In this document: positions 35,645-45,275 of the stretch, piece after piece
Position numbering within the stretch: the first letter of the stretch is position 1
Layout of the letters: each line of letters starts with the position of its first letter
IMG/VR virus record: IMGVR_UViG_3300036851_000098
Location: 1 to 64,000 of that record
Source of the DNA: a virus
Strand: one strand, 5' to 3'
Length of the DNA stretch: 64,000 nt
Made by a program: the position numbers and the translations under genes
The notes under the pieces: generated by a model
Seen by the model: only the letters and a program-made list of their open reading frames with translations
Told to the model about the DNA's origin: nothing
Databases searched by the model: none

Positions 35645-36810
35645 GAGGAAACATGAACGACGAAGTCATCGAGACTTTACCAGGTCTCTATACAGTTCGG
35701 ACTCGCTTTCACCACCACGGAGATATGGTCCAAAATCTAGAATTTGTCGAAGCGATTCGACTGGTTCAAGATCGTTTCGAAAAGAGCAACGGTGCGGTGT
35801 TCTTTGCCTCAATCGAACGGCAGGAATAAAGAGCATTATGGATCCTATTTCGAATCTGCGTGAGCAATTAGAACTTTCCCGAGATATTATCGCGCTAGTC
35901 AACGGTACCCACGAACGCGGTATGACTGAGGAAGAGCGAGCCAAGAATGAAAGCCGCGGCGAACGACTCGCCTGGGCTGTACTTGCACTCGATGAATGGC
36001 GACGAAATGGTGGGTCTGACCCCTATCAGAATGCTCACCAAGGAGATAACAAAAATTAGAAAACATCGGTGGCGATTCAAACCATCTACACAAAACTACA
36101 TCTGTACAAGATGTAAATGTTGGGACTACGAACTAATACAAATTGACTCTACCGGGCATTTCTATCCTCCGTGTAGACACCGTCAAACACTCGTTAATTG
36201 GATCTTAGCTCTTCTTAGGAAAGGAGCCTAATGGAGGTATCAGTTGGAGAATTCGCAGTCATCGCATTTATTATCCTTGTCAGCGTTTTGATCGGCTACG
36301 CGCTTGGTGCACCGAAAAAGGATGATGAAAGCTGATGGCTGGGATCGGATGTCGATGCGGTTGGCCATTGGATCCCTGTGCCCCACAGCACGCTGAGGGT
36401 AAGCCGTGCGGTAAAAAGCGACATGAAGCTGAATTGGCGAAGAGACACAAAGAAAGCATCTGGGGTCAAGCAGAAATCGCAATCGAGACAGGGGATCTAC
36501 ACAAAGCTGTAGCTTTGTTGTTGGATATCTGTAAAAAGCAGCAAACAGAGATTGAAGCAAACCGCCCAGACCCAAGAATAGCGTTTATTGGGGGATAGAA
36601 AGGAATCAACATGTGGGTTTTAGTGGTTTACAACGAACATTCAGACACAGTTTATGTTTATGGAGGTACTGAAAAGAAGCCGTGGACTTCTGATCAGGCT
36701 AACGAAGCTGCCGCAGAATATGTTCGACGTCACATCAGCAACAAGGGAAACTTCTCCAGCGATACATTTCGGATGACGGTCATTCAGATCGAAGCATTGG
36801 CAAAGTAGGA

Positions 36811-37269
36811 ATGCCTTCAGAAACTCACGGACATCGTAAAGGCCCTAGGAAACAGAAGTCCAACGGGCAAAAGAACCAATGGGATCCCACCTACGGATCG
36901 TGGCGAGAAATGAAACGGCGGTGTTTAGATCCGAAACGATCAGACTTTCAGTATTATGGCGCCGTAGGAATTCAAGTATGCCCGCAATGGATTGCAAAAC
37001 CGGGTGGGTTTGAGCAATTCTTAAAGGACGTAGGTAAGAGACCTGACGGACATACTCTGGACCGTATAAATCCGTATGGGCATTACGAGCCGGGAAATGT
37101 GCGTTGGGTTCCTACCTTAGAAAATTCTTCTGGGAATCGCCGTTCTGACTGGGATCGTGACTATGGTCCACCACCAGAGGACAGTTTGTTCCAAATCCAG
37201 CCTAAGTGGCCTGAGCTTCTAGTAGATCAAGATAAGCCTGAGACGGACGAAGAAGAGATTCCTTTTTAG
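36811..37269 (+). CDS. HNH endonuclease
   Basis: W..MKRRC.DP....YYG..GI.VC..W...F..F..DVG.RP..HTLDRI...GHYEPGNVRW. Confidence 0.85.
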   Translation: MPSETHGHRKGPRKQKSNGQKNQWDPTYGSWREMKRRCLDPKRSDFQYYGAVGIQVCPQWIAKPGGFEQFLKDVGKRPDGHTLDRINPYGHYEPGNVRWVPTLENSSGNRRSDWDRDYGPPPEDSLFQIQPKWPELLVDQDKPETDEEEIPF

Positions 37270-37807
37270 AAAGAAGGTGATGATGGCCGACTGTCCTGCG
37301 GGACGAATTCCTAGCACTTGTCCTGATACATGTTCTTGCGCGAGTATCTGCGGGCAGGCGATTATCGATGGACGCTACACCCTTAAGTGGGAAAAAGGCT
37401 TGAATATAGAAAGTAAGCGCTTACGTCGATTGGTCGGTCCATGGTTACTCGATCGTAGTAGTCCACAGGTCAAATTGAAGGATCTCTAAGTTAAAAAGGA
37501 GGTGTCGTGTTAGACGTGAGCAAAATCACGCTAGATGACCTCAATGAAGAGATCGATCGTACAGTAGACAAATTGGAACGTTTGTTAAAGCTACATGACG
37601 CAGTGTCTTCTCAGAATCAGCGCCGAGTTGAGAAACTCATCTCTGAATACAATACCATGCTTAGAAAACAGTCCAAAGACGCTGGAATGATCGAAATCGC
37701 TAGGAGGTGACGTAATTTCAAAGATCGATCTGTCAACACTATTACCTCCGCTTATCGCAGATCCCGACAGCGAAGCCGGACGATTCCTTTCATCACGCGG
37801 GCTACCG

Positions 37808-38035
37808 TTGACCTATGAGAACAGACGTGTACTCGGAACTCGCTCCTGTGGGAAAGAAATACTAAGTCTGTTACCAAGTGGTCCAGTTGTCATAGATTGC
37901 CAACATGTCGAAGTAATCAGTCCGACAGTCTTTCACGAATTGCTTCTAAAACGAGATGATCTTACGTTTGAAGGGATGAACGAAGATGTCCAAGAATCTT
38001 TGAAGCTTGTCGAAGAAAGACTAGGTAAAAATTAG
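37808..38035 (+). CDS. STAS-like (DUF4325-like) protein
   Basis: LGTR..G.EI......VVID...VE.IS.....EL; start uncertain. Confidence 0.45.
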   Translation: MTYENRRVLGTRSCGKEILSLLPSGPVVIDCQHVEVISPTVFHELLLKRDDLTFEGMNEDVQESLKLVEERLGKN

Positions 38036-38049
38036 AAAGGAGGTGGCAT

Positions 38050-38358
38050 ATGGTAAATGCTGAATTGAAGAAACTGACAGCTAAAGAGTTCCGAGCTCAG
38101 GGATACCTACAAGAACTCAATCGACGATTTCTTCATCCTCTAGGTCTTGCCCTTGAAGTGACCCTCCACGAAGACGGCAATGAAACTTTTGGTGAAGTCT
38201 GGGATTGCCGAGATGATCCAGAGGGATTGATCTATGGCCCGGGTGTCATCAATCCCAAGAAGGCTAAATTCGTCTACGACGAGACCGCAGCTCGTTTTCC
38301 AGAACGAGTGAAGAGACTCGGATTCGACATCCAACCGGATGGAGAGATAGATACGTAA
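38050..38358 (+). CDS. Conserved hypothetical phage protein
   Basis: EFR..GYLQE.NR.FLHPLGLALEV...VWD.R.DPEG. Confidence 0.6.
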   Translation: MVNAELKKLTAKEFRAQGYLQELNRRFLHPLGLALEVTLHEDGNETFGEVWDCRDDPEGLIYGPGVINPKKAKFVYDETAARFPERVKRLGFDIQPDGEIDT

Positions 38359-38779
38359 TGGGAGAATTAGAAAGGAATGACGGCATACCACACAAACGGC
38401 CCATTTGTCCGCACTGTGGAGAATTAGCTCCTTACGGTGACGAGCGGTTGGCGTGGATAAGCTGGCACATCGATCATCCTATTCATGCTTGGTGGTGGAG
38501 ATGGAAGAACCGTAAGAAAAAGTAGAAAGGATTCGTAATAATGTTTATCATTTACTACTGGGCTTCACACCCCTGTGGCGGATGGTATCTAGAAGCAGCA
38601 CACTATTGGACCGAGAATGGGCGTGGTAAATACGCTCCAAGAAGGTGACATGCTCGGCTGTCATTACGATCGAAATACGGGAGCAATGATCTGTTGGTGG
38701 GAGGAGAACGGAAAGGTCGTTGCGGTATGGGTAGTCAATCGTAAACAGAGACGGAAAAATTAGAAAGGAGGTGACAGTA

Positions 38780-39997
38780 ATGGGAGAGATTCGAACCGGC
38801 GTTAAACTGGCTGAGCATCAGCAGATCGCTCTAGGTAAGTTGAAGGACGGCAATATCCTTTGGGGCGGCGTCGGTTCGGGTAAGAGTCGAGTTGGTATGG
38901 CGTACTATTGCACGACCGAACAAGACGAAGACTTGATCGTCATCACGACGGCCAAGAAGCGTGATTCTCTGGATTGGGAGACCGAGGCGGCACGATTCGG
39001 CGTGGGTAAGGAGAGAGACGCCACTCAGCACGGCACCATTACTGTCGACTCCTGGAACAACATCGAGAAATACATCGATGTAGAGGGCGCGTTCTTTATT
39101 TTCGACGAGCAACGACTGGTGGGAGCGGGTAAGTGGTCGAAGTCGTTTCTTAAGATCGCGAAGCGCAACCGATGGATCATGTTGTCAGCGACACCAGGAG
39201 ATACCTGGCTGGATTACATTCCCGTATTCGTGGCAAATGGGTTCTACCGAAATCGCACCGAATTCAAGCGCGAGCACGTGATCTACCGCCCATTCTCGAA
39301 GTATCCCGTAGTGGAGAGATATGTAGGAGTCCAGCGTCTGGTACGTCACCGTAATCAGATACTGGTGCACATGCCGTATGCAAAGGAGACGACTCGCCAC
39401 CCAGTTAACATCTGGTGTGAACATGATGAGGTCGCTCTGGCTCGAGTTTCACATGGACTGTGGAACATATTTGAAGAAAAGCCTATCCGAGACAAGGCTG
39501 AGCTTTTCCATGTGATGCGCAGGGTTGTAAACTCTGATCCATCCCGTCTAAGGGCTGTCCAAGAACTGCTGGACAAACACGACAGGCTGATCGTCTTCTA
39601 CAGTTTTGACTACGAGCTCGCAATCCTTCGAGAGCTATCTGAATCTTCAAAGCGGGTTTATGCCGAGTGGAACGGTCACAAGCATGAAGAGATCCCCACG
39701 ACGGACAAGTGGGTCTACGTGGTTCAGTATGTCGCAGGTGCAGAAGGATGGAATTGCGTCACGACAAATGCGGTGTGTTTCTACAGTCTGACATATTCGT
39801 ATAAAATGTGGGAACAAGCCCACGGGCGAATTGACAGGCTCGATACCGACTTCATTGATCTGTATTACTACGCGCTCCGGTCGAAGGCTACGATCGACTG
39901 GGCCATTTGGCGTTCTTTGAAGTCTAAGAAGTCTTTCCAGACCGAGCACTTCGACATGACAGATGCCGAGTTTGCGGATTTTTCCTATCAGGAGTAG
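38780..39997 (+). CDS. SF2 (SNF2-like) DNA helicase
   Basis: GGVGSGKS, FIFDE, LSATPG, AGAEGWN, QAHGRIDR. Confidence 0.85.
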   Translation: MGEIRTGVKLAEHQQIALGKLKDGNILWGGVGSGKSRVGMAYYCTTEQDEDLIVITTAKKRDSLDWETEAARFGVGKERDATQHGTITVDSWNNIEKYIDVEGAFFIFDEQRLVGAGKWSKSFLKIAKRNRWIMLSATPGDTWLDYIPVFVANGFYRNRTEFKREHVIYRPFSKYPVVERYVGVQRLVRHRNQILVHMPYAKETTRHPVNIWCEHDEVALARVSHGLWNIFEEKPIRDKAELFHVMRRVVNSDPSRLRAVQELLDKHDRLIVFYSFDYELAILRELSESSKRVYAEWNGHKHEEIPTTDKWVYVVQYVAGAEGWNCVTTNAVCFYSLTYSYKMWEQAHGRIDRLDTDFIDLYYYALRSKATIDWAIWRSLKSKKSFQTEHFDMTDAEFADFSYQE

Positions 39998-40195
39998 AAA
40001 GGTGGCCACGATTGAATAATTGTCTGTGTCTCTGCTCCGCTAACCACCCGGATCAACTCGGTGTCTGCACGGGCGACCCGACTCGAACGCTTCGGTTCAG
40101 CGACTTCCCAAAGGACTCACCTCTTCACGGACTAGATCATGTAGATATACACATGTGTGAATCGTGTTTTCTAAGAACAACAGCTAGGAGAAAAG

Positions 40196-40444
40196 ATGGA
40201 AGCTCTTAGAATCATCCCTGATTTGGAACGTCATGGTATTCGCGACGAGCCGTATAATGTCGTGGAATACGATAACGGTCCTATTATCATCGGTGGAATG
40301 TCCAAGGGCACCGAGAACGGAAAGCCGGTTGTCATGATCGCTATCGATACTGATGACGGAGATGTCATGGTCATTCAGACCACGTTGGCTTTATTCCTCA
40401 GTGCTGCCGATGCGCTCAAAGCTTACCATGGTGATCCCAGATAG
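40196..40444 (+). CDS. Hypothetical protein
   Basis: RBS AGGAG; GT.NGKP.VMI. Confidence 0.55.
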   Translation: MEALRIIPDLERHGIRDEPYNVVEYDNGPIIIGGMSKGTENGKPVVMIAIDTDDGDVMVIQTTLALFLSAADALKAYHGDPR

Positions 40445-40677
40445 ATGGAGAATCGTCGATGAGCGATGAAACCGAGAAGATGAGTCAAGAAGAGTTATTG
40501 CGTTGGAACCTGGTTCGAGCCGAGCAGCACGCGTCTCAAGCTTTAGACCTGATCTATGGAAACAAAGCAGGTGGGATCCGGGTTCCGCGCGGTTTCTGGT
40601 GGCGTAGAAGACTACTAGCTGCTCAGAATCATCTAATGACTCTGACAGTAAGAGAATTGAATAAAAAAGGGTGACAG

Positions 40678-40902
40678 ATGTCTGATCTCGTCTCATTTAC
40701 TATCGAAGTCGATATGGAGAAACGTTGGGTACCACACTTCCTGGGTATGTTACAGTCAATGGAACATCTAGGTCGTCTAGGTTTGTCACGAGCGCTTACG
40801 TTCTTCTCAGATGGAGACGGAGACTTCCATCCGCGATTCAAATGGAATATCGAAGCACAACCAATTCAGCCAGGTGAGGAATATTCATGGGATGCAGGAT
40901 GA
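40678..40902 (+). CDS. Conserved hypothetical phage protein
   Basis: M..RWVPHF..ML..ME.LG..G.SR...F.SDGDGDF.P.F. Confidence 0.6.
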   Translation: MSDLVSFTIEVDMEKRWVPHFLGMLQSMEHLGRLGLSRALTFFSDGDGDFHPRFKWNIEAQPIQPGEEYSWDAG

Positions 40903-41949
40903 AAGATAGCGGATACGAACAACTCGTCACCAACATACGAACTGAGGCCGATAACCTAAAGGCACATCAAGATGCATCCCCCCAGCAAGTGAGAGCTCTT
41001 CGGCAATTCGCTGATTTCATCGCAATGGGACGTTGGGGCAACAACAATCGTGAAACGGAGGTGAAAAATTGCTAGAATATCGCGCTATCGTGCGTTTCGA
41101 AGATCGCCATGACACTTGGTCTTTTTCCCCACACGTTACCAAGTGGAATCCAGATCGACAAGCAGCACTCATTTACATTGAGATTTACAGAGGTATTCCT
41201 TCATATAGGTCAGGTAAGATCGAAAAACGAGAAGTTGGGTTCCCAAAAGACGATGAGCTGTTCCCTAAGGAGGTGAAAGATGGCAGCAAAGCGACTGAAA
41301 ACGAAGATAACCCCCGATGATCAGCTAACTGAGTACTTGAAAGTTGCAGAGGAGGCCCTCATAGGGGCCGTAAAGCTCTTCTCAGAGCATAAAACGCTTA
41401 ATCGAAGGGTTGGGTACCTAACACGGCTCGTAAGGGCTCAGGAGGGCGTTACGGGCCTTCATAGGGAGGAATTGGTGCGTGCGCTGGCTACGAAAGGTAG
41501 AAAAGGGCGGAAAAAGGCTTAAAAGGGGGTCTAAATCGATGGAAGAGACCATCACAAACCTGGATTCGTACGTCAATGGCTATAAAGTCGTGTCCTCGGA
41601 TGAAAAGACGGTTACTTTGGAGGATGGGGTAACCGTTGAGAAGGCGAAATGTGAGTATGTAGGGCGTTTGTCCGAGTCTGGGGCAACATTGTATCACTGC
41701 GATGATCTTAGAGAAGAGGGCGATCAACTGTGATCAAGCTTATATTCCCTCCTGGGTTCCCCCATGATCTGGAAGTTCACATCCGGCCAGACTCTATTGA
41801 ATACTGGAGATGGGGCGGAAAGATCCTGGAGCTCACTCCCCCACAATACGGGATGATTCACAGGGCTATAGAAGAGAAGCTACGCTCTATAGAGGTGGAT
41901 CAGCTGTTTGTGCCGTATAAGCCGGAAAAACTCGAAAATCGGGTAGATT

Positions 41950-42410
41950 CAGATACTGGGATGCCCTAAAACAAGCTAAAAACGGCTTGCCAAGCTTTTT
42001 GCCAAGATTTTCTTTGGCAAGATTTTAATGCTGAATCACCTGCAAATAAGCGGTTTTGTGTTGCGAAAACGCTTGCCAAGAAATTTCGTAAAAAGTTTTT
42101 TAATATTTTACGACTTCAATATCTGATTATACCTATGGTATTCCTTATATATCTACGCGGGCGCGCGGAAAAATAGGGGGTTCCATACAAGGAATCAGAT
42201 ACTGGGATGCGTTTTTATAAAAACTTTTTGTCCTCAAAATCTTGGCAGACAAATTCGGCCTAAAAAGTCGCTGTTTGCGGAGAATCCCAGTATCTATTTG
42301 GTCTATTTGCCAAGATTTGCCAAGATTTAGGATAATGTGGACCGCGAAAACCCATGCTGTAGGGGTACTCTAATATCTGAAAACGGGTGCCAAATCGACA
42401 GATATTGACT
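41950..42410. repeat. Iteron-rich AT-rich intergenic region, putative replication origin
   Basis: TTGCCAAG at 41987, 41999, 42073, 42307, 42317 and inverted near 42014 and 42241; CAGATACTGGGATGC at 41950 and 42196, inverted core at 42284; T/A tracts. Confidence 0.6.
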
Positions 42411-43044
42411 GAAAGGAAAATTGATGGCTTCATTGGTGAACGCTGAGTTTAGATACTGGAGGACAGACACCAAGCGTCACAGTCGGGAAATCTACGCGCT
42501 TGTGTACAACGATCCGGCAAAGCCCTCGCCTCATGATCCATTGATCGGGACGATGGAGACTGCCGATTTGGCTGAGATCGTGGTGGAAGTACACAACAAC
42601 GCTATCCGGAAGTACGGAAAGCGGTATCTGAAGGTGCTGCAATCAGATGGATGAAGAGAGATTGGTTGAGATTCGTGGATTTGCGCTTGATCTTGTCGAA
42701 GAACTATTCGCGACTGGTAATTACAACCATCTCGATGGGTACGGCGGCGCCAGTCTCGTTATTGATCTCGAAGAAGCTGTGACGGCGCTTCATAAAAAAG
42801 GGTGGGCGATCGCTCGAGAGCTCGGGGATGGTTAGTTTTCCTATGCTGAATCATGTGTGGTATTACGTGATTCGGAAACCAGATGAAATGTTCAGGTTCA
42901 TCGATAGGAAGGCAGTCATAACATACTACCGACCATGGCATACTGTTGTCTATCTAGAAGGCGCCTTTGAGTCGGATGACAAAGAAGAGCTCATGCAAGA
43001 GGTGTATCGAGCAGCAGCTTCAAAACTCAACTGAAAGGATTCCT

Positions 43045-43341
43045 ATGATGGTTAGCGATTACACGTATGAGGCTTCACGCATGGCGAACTTCGGACGGGA
43101 CACCGCCAAGGCGCATTCTACATTTACTCGATCGACTGAGAAGTTGGCTGCTGAAATCAACGCCGCAATCGACAACGGCATCAAGCCTATCAAGGTTGCA
43201 CACGATGTCATGGGGCGGTGCTCATCAAGAGAGATGCAGATCGAACTTCTGTCATCTTTGATGGCATTGGCGCAGATGAACAAGATTCCGCAGTCGGTGG
43301 TGGACCCCTTCGAGGGAGGTATCCGTGTTAAACGAGTCTGA
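43045..43341 (+). CDS. Hypothetical protein
   Basis: ATG after GAAAGGA. Confidence 0.5.
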   Translation: MMVSDYTYEASRMANFGRDTAKAHSTFTRSTEKLAAEINAAIDNGIKPIKVAHDVMGRCSSREMQIELLSSLMALAQMNKIPQSVVDPFEGGIRVKRV

Positions 43342-43635
43342 TGTTGAATGTGGACGGAGACTTGTTTTAAATCTTCGGAACGCATGCCATGATGCCAATT
43401 CTCCGATTGTCCCAACGCCCATTGCTGAAGCAATCAGAGCGTTGGTAGTGTGGGCAGAGAAGGGAAAAGAAAATGAAAGAGAATGATAGATCTCAGGATA
43501 CGAAAGTGTTTCTTGGTGGACGAGCTTTGTGTTCTCCTATGTTTAGATGCTTTCCTCCTCAACCTACCATCTGTCTAATTTGTCAAGGAACTACGACTGA
43601 GTTTTGTTTGCTGGTAGAGAAATTGGAGAGAGCTG

Positions 43636-44139
43636 ATGATAGAGAATGATGGATGGAGGCCGGTGGAAGGATTTCCTGGTTATAGCATAAACGCCCTAGG
43701 CCAGATTGCAAGAGACTCTACTGGTCGGTTGCTGCGTCCAAGGTATAATCAGTATGGTGTCCCCTACGTCGGACTTATGCGAAATTGGCAACAGTGTATT
43801 CGTTCTCTACCCCGATTGGTGGCGTTGGCGTTTCTAGATAATCCATCGGATATTTTCGATACTCCGATTCAAATAGATGGGGATCCGGCTAACTGTCGAG
43901 CCGACAATCTGATGTGGCGTCCTCGGTGGTATGCGGTGCTTTACAAGAAGCAGTTTGAAAAGGAAGGTCGATATGAGAATCCTATCGATTCTCCTGTGCA
44001 TGCTGTGAACGAAGGAGAGCGTTTTTCAAACTCTTTGGAGGCAGCGTGCCGGTATGGTCTTCTAGAACGTGAGGTCGTGTTGTCTATTCTTAATAAGACA
44101 CCAGCATGGCCTACATATCAATTCTTCGAGATGCTGTAG
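43636..44139 (+). CDS. NUMOD4/HNH-derived protein
   Basis: WRPVEGFPGYSI...G.I......LL...RLVA.AF....IDGD..NC..DNL.W; HNH His apparently lost. Confidence 0.7.
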   Translation: MIENDGWRPVEGFPGYSINALGQIARDSTGRLLRPRYNQYGVPYVGLMRNWQQCIRSLPRLVALAFLDNPSDIFDTPIQIDGDPANCRADNLMWRPRWYAVLYKKQFEKEGRYENPIDSPVHAVNEGERFSNSLEAACRYGLLEREVVLSILNKTPAWPTYQFFEML

Positions 44140-44366
44140 GGGTCAAATGGAATCCGAGATTTTGGTAAACCTTAGTTTGCGTCTGCCTCAAGCGGATCGG
44201 CGAGCATTAGCTGACCATTTGGCCCCAGTTATCAAGGAGGCAATCATTGCTGGAGGAGACAGTGTAGTTGTTTCGTTGCAACCGTATGATCCAGACAAAG
44301 ACCCAGAAGGCGAGGAATAGAGCCAAATAGTGAGCAAATCACTCCTTATTTTTTTCAGATACTGGA

Positions 44367-44431
44367 TCGTGGAGAAATCGCGCCATATAATAGAAGGAGG
44401 GTACAATATCCCTTCTGCTTCTTTCTTTTTT
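44367..44431 (+). promoter_or_regulatory. Promoter motif variant plus hairpin ahead of the nuclease-RNAP operon
   Basis: TCGTG(44367)-N14-TATAAT(44386)-AGAAGG, then hairpin and T tract. Confidence 0.65.
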
Positions 44432-44452
44432 CGGCGATCGGAAGGAGGTTTT

Positions 44453-44770
44453 GTGGCTGAGAACGCCTATCAGCGAAAATTGATCCGTAAGTTGAAGAGA
44501 ATGTTTCCTGGCTGCGAAATCCTCAAAAACGATTCGCAATATCTTCAAGGAGTGTTGGATCTTACAATTTTGTGGGGTCCTTTGTGGGCAATGCTTGAGG
44601 TTAAAACGTCTCGTGATGCTCCATTTCGTCCAAATCAAGAGTACTACATCAAGCGGTTTGATGAGATGGCGTTTGCGTCTTCTATCTGCCCCGAAGATGA
44701 AGAGGAGGTGCTAACTGCGCTTCAACAAGCATTCGCATCTCGAGGGGCAGCATGCGTTCCTCAGTCCTAG
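44453..44770 (+). CDS. VRR-NUC/Holliday junction resolvase-like nuclease
   Basis: E..YQ..LI..L....G..D......WA.LEVK......PNQEYY. Confidence 0.75.
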   Translation: MAENAYQRKLIRKLKRMFPGCEILKNDSQYLQGVLDLTILWGPLWAMLEVKTSRDAPFRPNQEYYIKRFDEMAFASSICPEDEEEVLTALQQAFASRGAACVPQS

Positions 44771-45275
44771 TTCGTATCACTGGATCAACTACGACGAAGA
44801 AAAACTTAGGTTTCGCTATAAGACTCTTCGTGCGGCGCTCGAAGGAATAGAGCAGCATCGCTACGCAGCGATTTGTATCGCCGAAAGGATTGTCCAAGAT
44901 GATGAAAGAACAACCCTGGGACTGTACATCAATCAATGCATTCAATACAGAATGCACCCAGAAATTGTCCTGTTTTATTCTCCTAATGCATTCGGAACAG
45001 TTGACGCCATTGCGTATCGATATCGAGTGCTTAGGATCTCAGATCTCAAGACAGGAGCCACTCGAGTCTCAGAACATCAGCTGGAAGTATATGCAGCGTT
45101 TTTCTGTCTCGAGTACGAAATTAGTCCTTTCCACATGAGAGGAATTGAGCTTCGTATTTACAAAGACGGCAAAGTACAGGTGTACGATGCTGATCCCCAC
45201 TACATAAAGGGGCTCATGGATAAGATCGTTCGTTTCGACGGAATTCTCAACATGCTTCGAGAGGAGGTGTCGTAG
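44715..45275 (+). CDS. Cas4-like PD-(D/E)XK exonuclease with CTG start
   Basis: Frame reads LRFNKHSHLEGQHAFLSPSSYHW...FGTVDAI..LRISDLKTG...QLEVYAA; RBS GAGGAGGTG. Confidence 0.75.
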   Translation: MRFNKHSHLEGQHAFLSPSSYHWINYDEEKLRFRYKTLRAALEGIEQHRYAAICIAERIVQDDERTTLGLYINQCIQYRMHPEIVLFYSPNAFGTVDAIAYRYRVLRISDLKTGATRVSEHQLEVYAAFFCLEYEISPFHMRGIELRIYKDGKVQVYDADPHYIKGLMDKIVRFDGILNMLREEVS

